A stretch of DNA of 64,000 nt from Botryllus schlosseri. Its lineage: Eukaryota. This document shows positions 53,230 to 64,000 of this stretch, in pieces; the first letter of the stretch is position 1, and each line of letters starts with the position of its first letter. The stretch is taken from the NCBI GenBank assembly GCA_051294905.1, contig CM119384.1, positions 18,972,001-19,036,000 of the forward strand. The letters are read 5' to 3'. The translations under genes were made by a program, and so were the position numbers. The notes beneath the pieces were generated by a model. It did not search any database. It was not told where the DNA came from and was given only the letters and a program-made list of their open reading frames with translations.

Positions 53230-53349
53230 CAATTAAATAGTATATTCATATTGAAATGAACCCGAATATTTTCGGCTGACACTCGTCAGGGGTAATCGTC
53301 AGCAACTAGTAGAGAATTGGAAAGAACATTGTATATCAACAATCGTATC
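53230..53349 (-). ncRNA. 120-bp mini-element with an intact minimal type I hammerhead ribozyme motif (core 53260-53293)
   Basis: The core is identical to 27359-27392. Flanked by an 11-bp direct repeat ATAGATGTATA (53219-53229, 53350-53360). Confidence 0.72.
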
Positions 53350-55172
53350 ATAGATGTATAGTTACCAATGATGACCTGTAGAGTCAGGAAAAAAGGCACA
53401 TACGCGGCAGCTGAGTTCACTTAGAATAGTGAGCACCATACGTAATGTTCTGAAACGAAATTCATGTCAGCATGTTAGCCGAACATTGGACCCAAAATGA
53501 TATTTAAATACTTCTCACACAAAGAAGCCCAGTTAACGTTATTTCACTAAAATCTGTTGTGCCGTTTTGCTTGAATGCTCTCCCGAGTAATGCGATTCCG
53601 ACCTGTTTTCGCACAGGTATTACACTACCTGTCACCATTTCACAGGTAAACGAGTTATTTTTTGTTAACTTACAAAGAGCGCAGAGACGTTTATTGACAC
53701 AACCAAATGGTTAGGTTACATTACTCACCACTGTAGTAATCTTGCAAATGGACTGTGTTTTTGTTCGTCTATTTCGAGTCCATAAATTCTATGATACAGT
53801 GAAGACAAAGCTGTCGTTAATGATTCCACATTATCCACCTGAAAGTGCTCAAAGAGAATATCTTAGAATTTAACCGTACCCATATTAAGACCCGCGATTA
53901 CAATGTTTCAGAGACTTAATGGTGCAATTCACCCATTTCCAAATCCACTTTCCCTTTTCATGATATCATTAACACGAATAGAGGCTGAAATGTTACAAAT
54001 GTATTTGAGATATTCGTAGAACTTCATGTACATTTATGAAAATATCTTCATAGATAGGCTACTTGGCGGGCCGGATTCCTGAATCGATACATTAAACGAG
54101 TATTTATCCACCTATACAAGGATTAATCGTATTTAATGTAAACTTTTAGTTTGAAGCATAGAGACCAAAGAAGTATTCAATGAATTTATTTACGTAATGT
54201 ATTTCAATAGCTGTTGAAGTCAATTGAGACATCTCTGGTCGATCAAGGTGGCATACAGGTTCTTTGAACTCTGGGATGCGAAGAAAACAAAGAACTGAAG
54301 AACTACTGACAATCGCTATTATTTGTGTCCGCAAAAAGGATCTAGAATAACCTACGGTTACAATAATTTGACGTAGTAAGCAAGTAGCGGAGAATTGTGG
54401 TAGACTGTGACCGCCGGTCATATTATCATTTAAGGCCGAAAACTGTGTGCGGGCAGCTGAAAACCTCGTCGCCGGCCGAATCAACTTGTTATTTCTAATG
54501 TTTTTAATAACTCCAGGATATCATGTTACTGTTGTGATACACATGTATATTCTGCAATTAGAAAAACACATGTGTGTGCACTGTGCAGTAACGATTTCAA
54601 GAGCACTTCACAATTCGTAATTGTAATCATTGGATAGGTGTTAAACAGGTGGTGAAATGTTTGCAATGAGTTCGTGTCTGCAACACTTTATTCTCAAACC
54701 AAGATAACATAACCTATCTTTGTGCGCTTTTGAATATGGTGAAATCACCCGAGGACAAGGAAAAATATATACTCTATAGCGATTTTGGTACAAATGAAAA
54801 TTTGAGTCATGCTATGCCTGAGGTCATGTATACGACATAATCCTTTTCATGATCGTTGAGCATAGTAGAATATAGTCTAGATTTTCCTTTGGGCTTTGAT
54901 TTTGGGTCTAAGTTTGTATGTTGCTGTTGAGTATTCGCAACATGTATTCACGTTATTTATATGCCATGCATTGATGATCTACAAATTGTGCTATCACACA
55001 TACATATCTTCTAATAGTATAAATAGTATAATCGATATACATGTAATACGAGTATGCATTATACAGATAAATTTAATAAGTTGTGCAAGTAGACCTTCAC
55101 CTGATTCATCAATTTATTAAAGCTGGAATTTGATTTATTCACTAACCGAATTGAAGCTATAGTGTATAATAG

Positions 55173-56100
55173 TAGGGTTAGTTCGGATATCAATAGTTTT
55201 CACTATCCGGATAACGGATATATCCGTATAATTTAGCTAACCGGTTAACCGGATAATAACTGCTAAGTGAGACAATCGATTTCACGAGGTCTGCATGAAA
55301 AATGGATCGCAAAATCATTACACAGTGTTATTATAGATCTATACGTACACGCGCAGAACGAGCGAATACGAGAAAAATCAACCCAAATTTAATGTTCACT
55401 GCTGTTCACCGCAACGCCCTTCTTATAAAGCACACTGCATCAATTGTGGCATCCTGTTGCCAGGACAGGAGTTTTGTAACAAAGAGTCCACATGCATTGA
55501 ATTCCTCTTTCTGCTACCACAAAATGGGCTGACTATAGTAAGTTTGCACGGACGAACATGTTTGCGAAATGCGAACATTCGATGTTATTCAGTTTCGCGA
55601 TGTCGCTCATTAATCACAATCGCTGATCAGAGTACTCTTAGCGGCATATTGTCTCCAAGCCACAAAGAGATAGGAGCAAATGCCTGCCAGGCCCGAGACG
55701 CGATTGTTACGACAGCGATGATATCGTTCGTGCCATGCCTATTGCAGATGCGATTCTGCCTGCGGAACTATAGGCTTGTTAGAGACTCGATAAATCAGGC
55801 CAGCAACGATAGCCGAGTGCGCGGCAATCAATGACCTAATTTAGCGATCTTAGCGGGAGATTGCATCGCGTTACATGTGCACAGACGTATCTCGCTAATT
55901 GGCAACACGTTTCTCGCTAAAAGGCCACGCGCAACACTGATAATACCACTTATTGAAGCTTGCTAAAAAGTGTAAAACGCATTATCAATGACACTATTTT
56001 ATCCGGTTAACCGGCAGAATTATATCCGGATATCAGATAACAAGAAAACCTGCGGTTAACCGGTTAACCGGTTAACCGTTATCCGGATAATCCAACCCTA
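55173..56100. mobile_element. hAT non-autonomous element with palindromic subterminal repeats
   Basis: Termini TAGGGTT...AACCCTA and perfect TSD TATAATAG (55165-55172, 56101-56108). TATCCGGATAA and CCGGTTAA repeats occur at both ends. Confidence 0.88.
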
Positions 56101-56694
56101 TATAATAGACTATAGCACAATAGGACGAAGGTGTTTCAATGAGGCAATCAATACGAGGGATGGTGTGTAAATCTGGTAGTTCCATAGCTGCAACACCTAT
56201 AGATTCCGGGTTCTAGCCTGACTGAGATGTCCTGTTTTAGTTGACGAAGAAGCTGTCGTGGTCAAAGTTTGACTGCGCCATAAGCCGGTACACATACTCA
56301 CGAATCAGCAACCCAACATTCAGGCGAATGGTACACAGTTCAAGATCATAGAAGCTAAATTACCATATAAAAATCATGCAAAAAAGAACTACTGAACTAC
56401 ATATAAATTGTTATTACAGATGTATGAATATTGAGTTTACGCATTGCGTAAGAAGTCAATTGGGTGCGAAACTAGGCGGCTTCACCGTTTATTGACGAGT
56501 AAAGACTGCAAAGAGTGATTAATGGTAGTGGTGACTCCTTAATCGGGTTTCATGCTACATATGTCGCATGTTATATGTTCTATAACATGAGTTCAACCAT
56601 TATAAGCTACCAAAAGCACCATAGCAGGCAGAGATTTCTATTTTTAAAACCAGCTGCCTCTAATTCTATGTTGTCACCCGGGATCAATGTGTTA

Positions 56695-57037
56695 CGAACT
56701 GAGTGGCGCAGTTGGTTAAACACTGCAGTTACGACACCAGTGGTTGATGGTTCGAGTCTCGGCTCTGCCATGTTTCTATGAGTCGGAGCGGAGTATAAGT
56801 ATCGTAGGCCCCGGTCGGAGGTTTATCTGGGCTCCTCAACGCCGATCCCGCTGTAAATACAGCGCCTTCAAAATCCCAGCAGAAGAGAGAGCCGAAGTCT
56901 GGAAAGATGGCAGCTAAAGACCAGAAAAACGAAGCAAGACCGCGAAAAGACATTCTTCTGTTAATGCAATTTATGTGCTGGGCGCAAATAACCGTATGGG
57001 CGACAAGCGCCAATGTTGTGAATAAAACAAACAATAA
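56695..57037 (+). mobile_element. tRNA-derived SINE, family 1, carrying a 25-bp P-like relic
   Basis: A box TGGCGCAGTTGG and B box GGTTCGAGTCT, with the same core and tail as 48573-48937. Confidence 0.85.
56789..56813. mobile_element. 25-bp P-like relic inside a SINE
   Basis: Right arm taagtatcgtaggccccg and a perfect 7-bp TSD GTCGGAG. The paralogous SINE has the single empty site (gttggag). Confidence 0.75.
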
Positions 57038-57039
57038 TC

Positions 57040-57255
57040 CACAGCTGCAACACCAATGGGTTGCGGGTTCGAGTACGGCCGAGGTCGACTCCAGAATTCC
57101 TACCTGAGTGTAGGTTCCTCCTCCCCTCCTCCGTGTAAGCGGTGTCTTATAATAGCGCAGAAGTCGGCATTTAAGGAATAAAAATGAAGAAAATTCGACC
57201 TGGTGTAAATGACCATAGTAGTCGACAAACACCACGAATACCACAAACAACAACG
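57040..57255 (+). mobile_element. tRNA-derived SINE, family 2, 5'-truncated
   Basis: Aligns with 39595-39830 (cagaattcct, gtaagcggtgtcttataa, taaatgaccata). Confidence 0.8.
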
Positions 57256-60200
57256 ATAAACTGGGATGAATCATTTACGTAGACGGAACACCCGTCGTAT
57301 ACCATGTCAATTTTCATTCGTGGTATGTCGCATATGCAATAGCCTTTCCGAAACCTGAAATTCTATTAGTAAATTATCGTTTATAATTCACAAATCTCCA
57401 TTTACTGAGTCGAGTTTCTCATGATTGATATGTGTCGGGCGGGAATTCACACTCACGGTCATTTACGTAAGAAAAATGAAGGTCATCAATCGCGAAGTAG
57501 CAATCTTGCTCCCCAAAACAATTGGGTATTTAATAATCAGCAACCTTGTAATATAGATGTCATACGTATACCAAGTGATATTTAGATCGAAGTTTGCAGA
57601 ACAGAATCTTCCGATGTCTAGGCTGACACTGGTATGTTTCATCTCAATGGTGAACGTCTCACACATTCCTTATATCTGTGATGATTCACTCTGTACGTAT
57701 CAGACGGGCGAATTGCTCAACTTATCCTACGCCTGTGTAGTTTAATGATTCGCCCACGCATTTACAAATAGTTCCGCCACAACATGATTTTGCCCATAAA
57801 GGTATGGTAAATAAAACCGTTGTATCTCAAAGTATATCATGTGCGATGTCATTGCAGTATAAACGGCATGTCGTGCCCAGCACTGGGAAGTGCATTCATT
57901 CATCAAATCCAAGACCAAAGGTGTTCGCTTCATATATGTATGATACAAGACGTGCGATATGTAACCTTTCGCCTTGTTTGATGTGCCTGTAAGAGTCTTC
58001 ACTTTCAACTCTTCATGTGTATATGTTTGAATCGCGTATCCGTGATAGAAACGCTTCAAGATTAGGACAAAAGTGCTCTTCAAATTGATCGGAAATATTT
58101 TCCCACCAAGTCAGTCAAGAAAATCTATATTATATATATACTACACAAATTCTGACGCAACATTTGATACCCGGCAGTGCTGTGCTGTCAGTTACGTGTG
58201 ATTCTAATACCTGACATTTTTTACTGCGTTTCAGGGCAATACGACCAATTGAATGACTCGTAACAAATTTGCTGTATTTCCCATTTTATCAAGTACATTT
58301 TTTGGATCAACCAGTCAGTATATACACTTGGCAGCTGTTTAGTGCCCGTACGCCATCAAAACATTATTCAGACACGGCTGCCATCGCGTAAAAGCACCTA
58401 TCGAGACGTGATACTTATGGGAGCTTGAGTGCTTACGAGTCGATTATTTTTGAATTCGACAATTTTGACAGATGAGCGTCGGAAATAAACAACACTCGAA
58501 ATTAACGACTGTCTCGACGGCCTCTAGGAGCCGTTTTTTTCTTCGTGATCTATTGCAAGCGTTATTTTTTGGCTATCTAATCTCCATTAAAACTAGAAAG
58601 ACAAATCGTGAGCTGAGTTGGCTGCTGTATTGGAAAAGTTCCACAATTTCCTGAATACCAAGTGTAACTGATAAACCGTGCAGCATATTCATTGCTCATG
58701 GAATGATGGAGCTGAAATGGCTATCGCTGACCAAGGTGATGCATACAATACGGGCTATGTAAACGCAGTAAAATATCTTGTCAATGACCAACTGCGGTAA
58801 TGAAAAAAAATACTATATATGAACGCGTATACAAACATATTTTAGGTCAGTTAGTAGAACCTACACTTTGCACATTCAATGGAAATAATATTGATGATAT
58901 TGACAATGTTGATAAATCCTTAGATATAAAAAACTGATGTTAAAGATCTTCGTTATATAAAATATTTATGGATAATTTTTTCCCGGAACCTTTTATCACG
59001 GACACATTCCATGTGTATGATGTCAAAATGTAATTTCAGCTTTAGGACTTCATTATAGGCCCATTCCCGGCAGAATCCAAACATTTTGAGCGAGTTCGTA
59101 AACCCCTCGAATTTATGTCTGATGACAAAACAATTATCTTTCTAATCACACAAGCGGATCTCAAGTATCTAGTACTAGTGGAGATGACTTGAAGCATTCA
59201 ATTACTGAAGCAGACGCCAAACAAAGAGATCAAATCTCCACTCCGGGCGATAATGTGATTGCCTTTCTGAAATGCCTGTATACTTTATTGTATCCCCGTC
59301 CCGAAAATATATTTTGTTTATATTTTTGCCAATTTCTGAGTTCTCGTAATCTGATACGGTAGATTTGTTTGTCACGTGTGCGCAAAACAATGCTAAAACC
59401 TTTTCATGATGTTCGTTAATTGTACATTGAACAATATGGTCCTTGTAATAAAACACAAAAACAAATAATGTGTCACATCCTCATTCATAAGAGTGTTTGT
59501 TGATTGTATTTGATGGTAGGGAACAACAAAGCGCATTGACATTTTCCTCAACATCCATGGACTATTAATATATTGTTTCCACTAACGTAAAATTCGATAT
59601 TACCGTAAAGTTCCGGAAAAACAACCAATTAAAGTCAAGATACAACGAGAGTAATTTGACCTTTAACCTATGGCAAAGAGCGGTTCTAGCAAAACACAGG
59701 AATATGTATGATAGAATTTTGCCCATCACACAATACACATATTCCGGCTGTTGTCACAATAATTTGTAGTAGTTTTTGAATTTCGGTCCGTGATAATATG
59801 ACAATTGTATTAGATGTGGTCGGGCCTTATATAAATACACATCTTTCACACGTAATGCATGAAACCCAATATTATTTCTAATCCAATGCTCATTGACTGT
59901 TTTGTGCGTGTATTTGGCATTTACGGTGTTTCGATATCCGACCATTTGACATCAGGTCGATATTGTTATTAATATGGTATGGCCCACTTACGTTATAGGA
60001 TTTTGTATGACACCGCGAATGCGAGTCTGATGGCGATTATTACGATGGATAAACTGCTACAAAGGAAGGAATATTCTGCAGAGACAGCACGTTGTTCCAG
60101 TGGTGAAATATGTCACCACCATAATTTCCATCCTAAGCACATTAACGATTTTTTCCACAGTGCATAACATATCTGATGAGACACCAGATGCAGACCCCAT

Positions 60201-61332
60201 AGCTTGCTGTGTAAATTCAGATCAATCGGTTTCTTCTTTCAGCACTTTTGGCAGAGTCGGTGATATTCCAAACTGAAATCGTTTGATGGCACAATAAAGT
60301 AGGCTTTCAAAATATTTCATCGACATATGGAAGTGTGAATGGCCAGCTCTTATATCCTTCACGAACGAAGGAATGTAGAGAGCCGAATTTCGTCAAAGTG
60401 AAGTAGAAACCGGCTTTACAAAGGTATCGCAGTGACAGGAGTTCAATGGTACTTGCCTCTCTTTTGCGTTCGTTGAAATGCTCAGCTGAGCTTATTTCCT
60501 CTTGATTAACATCAATTACAGCTTGCAGCCACAAAGAGTGTTTCAATAAACTTTATATATTTTGTGGAATTGCATCTGCCGCCCACGCACTCGACATCTT
60601 TGCTGATATAATAACATTTATTTGCTCACAGTTGCAAAGCGATTTGTTCTATAAATCTACAGCAATACTAAACGCATTTTTTAACATAGAAACACAAGGT
60701 CGATTATATCATGTAAAAATGTGCGTGAGTGCGTGACACTAAAATGACTTTGAGAGTACGAGGTACGACGTGACTGCAATCTTTCGCACTAGGCCATATG
60801 GAGGATACCTGAGAGATTGCTCGAATAAACTGGAATATGAATGTATAATTGTATATAGCGCATAATAGGCTATACTCAGTTTATACAGGGAACACACAGT
60901 TGAATCACGTCTGATAGACAATTTAAATATTTGTTGGGATTGGTCAGTTGAAAGTTTGTCGTACGCATAGTCATATTGAATGCGATCGACACAGTGCATT
61001 GCTGGTTACTTTGTCAAGAATATGGTTTTGCATATTTTTTGTAGACTATGCCTGTAGATATTTAGAATCTGGAATTGTAGCCTACACTGCGCTACTTGCA
61101 GAAGATGACAGCTTTGCAAAAATTTCAGGCCGAGGCCGATGTCATGCAATTAATCTTTACTGCACATGAGCAAGTAACATATGACTCACTGAAAATCACA
61201 AGACTGCATCAATCAAAATTTTTCGCCACCCGAGCAAGTTTGCATGAGATCACGACTATACTTGTCAGAGACAATCTTGATATTTCATACTGACCCACGA
61301 CCTGATAGGTCCAAACTTATCCATAGACAGTG

Positions 61333-61463
61333 CAGTGACGTGCGGTGAGGTTCACGGCTGGTGAGGCACGCCCCCCCCCCACATACAAAAGAACAACGCG
61401 CACGTAAAGAGACTTGAAATGTGAATAACAACAGCACCTGCCTCATTGGACCGCACGTCACTG
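61333..61463. mobile_element. 131-bp hAT MITE
   Basis: TIR CAGTGACGTGCGGT and a perfect TSD AGACAGTG (61325-61332, 61464-61471). Confidence 0.88.
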
Positions 61464-61607
61464 AGACAGTGTCCTAGCCAGAAAATGAATTGGAGAGAAC
61501 ATCTTTGACGAGTTCAAGGACCCCCTCCTAAAAAATTAGAATAAATAGATAAATAGGCTTATACTACATTATTAGGGTTGCTTTTAAAACAAAATTCAAT
61601 TTAAGAC

Positions 61608-61646
61608 AAACATGTTTCAAACAAGGCCCTTGTTTGAAACATGTTT
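61608..61646. repeat. Perfect 39-bp palindrome (19-bp arms, 1-nt spacer)
   Basis: aaacatgtttcaaacaagg c ccttgtttgaaacatgttt. Confidence 0.9.
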
Positions 61647-61699
61647 TTTATTTTATTTTGTTAAGCCATGACGTCACGAATATTCAATTGTCACGTCAT

Positions 61700-61940
61700 A
61701 GTGGATTGACATTGACAATTTAATCAAAACACCACAAGATTGCGATGTAATGAAACGATAGGAGGGTGCCGAAACGAATTGGAGTAGTCTTTTAATGAGA
61801 CACCCACCTTGGCCTAAAGCATGTTAATAAGAGGCATGCACACTGGATTTTAGAAAGGATAACATAAAAGGCGAAGCAACAAAAATGAATGCTGCATGTG
61901 TCGGTAGGCGAGGTCGATATGTCAGATTGTGGCCCCGTAA
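61700..61940 (-). mobile_element. Probable LINE 3' UTR remnant, second copy
   Basis: Its reverse complement aligns with 26943-27185. Confidence 0.55.
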
Positions 61941-62299
61941 TCTTGAGGGCTGACTAGTATTGATTCAGTACATGTCCGGCATACTTGACAGAGCGATGCG
62001 TTTTCTTGTATTCCGTCCGAATTGTAGCCTAGTTCTTCGAGGACGCGCTTGTGTGGTAGTTGTGCGCTTTTGATTCCGTGGTGAAGTAGCCTAGTCGTTG
62101 AAATTTGTGGGACTCACCACACACGCCATCGGTTATATCGATGCTTAGCTAACAAACAATGCCAAATAGAAGACTCTCCCGGAACCTATTCAAAAATGAC
62201 GGCAATTTCCTTATTCGTGTTTCGAAGCATTGGGTGATTGCGAAAGTGGGGAAGATAAGGAAATGGTAGGCCACTTGACGAAGTATGTCATCTCAACAT

Positions 62300-62614
62300 T
62301 AGAGTTACCATATGTCCGCCTTTAGGAGGATATGTCTTCATTTTTCAGGAAATCGAAAATGTCCCTCGATGACGCCTAAATGACCTCCATTTTGGAAATT
62401 TGTCCTTCTTTACGGCGTCGGGTAGTCATTTAGGAGTCGAGTCAGACTTATGACTTTTTCTTAGTCAACACCAGAGAATAGTATCGTTTTTTAGTCAAAA
62501 TAACAACATTTCCAGTAAGTATTTCCGAATCAGCTATTTTCGATTTGGGTAAATTAACATTTATGATTTGATAAAATCGTTCTCCTTTCTCAATTCCAAA
62601 ATATGATAACCCTA
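62300..62614. mobile_element. Diverged hAT MITE related to family A
   Basis: Termini TAGAGTTACCATAT...ATATGATAACCCTA and TTAGTCAA units. The TSD is decayed (5/8). Confidence 0.6.
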
Positions 62615-63660
62615 CTAAGCGTGCCATCCATAACTTTCGTCCTTCATTTAGTTGTAAGTAGGCTAATAGCTTTTGCTTATGATGAAATATGGTTAATTTA
62701 TTTAACTTTTAATATTTGTGCGTGATTTAGTTCCAGACACTTCATGGGCTTTCATCTCCACTGATCTCCACTGATCATAAAACTGATTAATCAGTGGCTA
62801 GTTCGAGTTGCGGTTGCGGTAGCGGACTGAAGTATCAGTCGGTGAAAATGAGTTTGTCGAACTCAACATGCGTGACTTTATTGTGTGGAATGATAAGGTG
62901 TGTAGCTAGGCGCGCCCATCCACACAACAGGATACATTTGAGTTCGCGGTGTTGTATACATCTCGCTCGCGTTCATAAATTGTTCACCACCATATACGTT
63001 CTGTTTCCATTTCCTAATTTCAATGGTTGTTCTGTTCTGGTCGTGAATCTAATTTCACTATTGCTGTACAGATATGGCGATTTTAATTAATCCCATTGAT
63101 TCATTCACCACAATACTACAAGTGGCGAAGCACTGAGCGAAGCGAATTCGAATACTTAGTTGAGTTCTGGAAGTTGCTGACATGGGATCCAAAGGCCAAT
63201 TACCAAAACGATTTCTTGATGTGCTTTGTAATAAATTTATCCAGTGTAGTAGTGCAATAGTATTGAAATTTGATGTGGATTATTATTGATGCGTTGTAAT
63301 GAATCGCAAATTCTGTGGAAGTTCACCTCCTGTATGAGCCGGGCTGTATCAATGCTTGTTTACCTCAAGAAACAGGGCGGGATCTCGAAAGTGACCCATG
63401 CAAGATTTGCAGAGGTGATATGCTGATCATTCATGTTGGGTAGGTAGGTAGGAAGTAGGCAATAGCCAGGCAATGTGCTGTATTCAATTCAATTTGGTAA
63501 GGGCATAATTGTTATCAAATACCATGGTTTACATTGTCTCCATAAAGTCATTCAGACATATAAAATGTCATGATTTTCTTTTCTTAGGCTATCACTGGTT
63601 CTGCATACTTGACATATTTTGTTATTTACCTATGTTGTAAAATATGTTCCTTGTTTTCAG

Positions 63661-63944
63661 AGTTTGATAGATGGCCTGGCTGGACATCCTGCTACAGGAA
63701 ACAGAAGTGATGAAATTTATGTGCAATATGAAATGACCAATAAAGGCTTGGTGTTGGAGACCAGTGAAACCAAAAAGGATCAAAGCATTCTTTTGTGTGT
63801 ATGTAATATCCTCACTTTCAAGTTACCCAAGTTGATCTTAAGCCCATACCAAGTACTGTATTTTGATTCAAAATAATATAGCTGAATCGAGCTGTGTGTC
63901 TCAAGCACTTATTCAAGAGGGCCTTGAAGGGTCTGGGAGATGAG
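63661..63944 (+). other. Two candidate coding exons (63661-63798, 63882-63944) of an unidentified gene running off the right edge
   Basis: ttgttttcag|SLIDGL...SILLC|gtatgt and aatatag|LNRAVCLKHLFKRALKGLGDE|gtaatg are both open and phase 0-0. I recognise no homology. Confidence 0.3.
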
Positions 63945-64000
63945 GTAATGAATTCCAAACCTTGGAAGGTTTTAAAAAAGTTTCTATGGTCCATGGTATC

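Noticed and set aside
39560-57100. tRNA genes at the GGTTCGA motifs
   Set aside because: They lack a full cloverleaf and continue into multi-copy bodies with AAAC tails, so they are SINE heads.
58525-58550. Hairpin plus T-run resembling a rho-independent terminator
   Set aside because: The context is eukaryotic, it is a single short stem, and there is no associated gene.
59000-60560. Coding-like open stretches on the minus strand
   Set aside because: They are interrupted by stops and carry no family motif I can name; BLASTx would be needed.
1-64000. CRISPR array, rRNA, snRNA or SL RNA genes, prokaryotic operons
   Set aside because: I saw no regularly spaced repeat-spacer array and no recognisable rRNA, U1, U6 or SL sequence; the DNA is eukaryotic and intron-containing.

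Overview
AT-rich eukaryotic (metazoan) genomic DNA with GT-AG introns. It is probably from an invertebrate deuterostome such as an ascidian (inference from compact introns and splice acceptors just upstream of start codons). The left 25 kb holds five housekeeping genes in strictly alternating orientation: DMXL/Rabconnectin-3a (-, 16 exons traced, runs off the left edge), DNPH1 (+, intronless), SURF1 (-, intronless CDS), LSM3 (+, 2 exons) and prohibitin PHB (-, 7 coding exons). From about 25 to 63 kb I recognise no host gene. This region is dense in non-autonomous transposons, many with readable TIRs and target-site duplications (TSDs): at least seven hAT families (some nested), a P-superfamily deletion derivative with a transposase remnant, tRNA-derived SINEs and LINE remnants. 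PiggyBac and Tc1/mariner elements lie in DMXL introns. Two signals stand out. (1) Three 25-58 bp palindromes with 7-bp TSDs look like P-element excision footprints; one is exactly 17+17 nt, matching the 17-nt staggered cut of P transposase. (2) A ~120-bp repeat family carries a minimal type I hammerhead-ribozyme motif of the Penelope-like kind; one copy has an 11-bp TSD and there is a possible pseudoknot switch. A few unassigned exons may start a gene at the right edge. Family names rest on my recall of conserved motifs; no database search was run.
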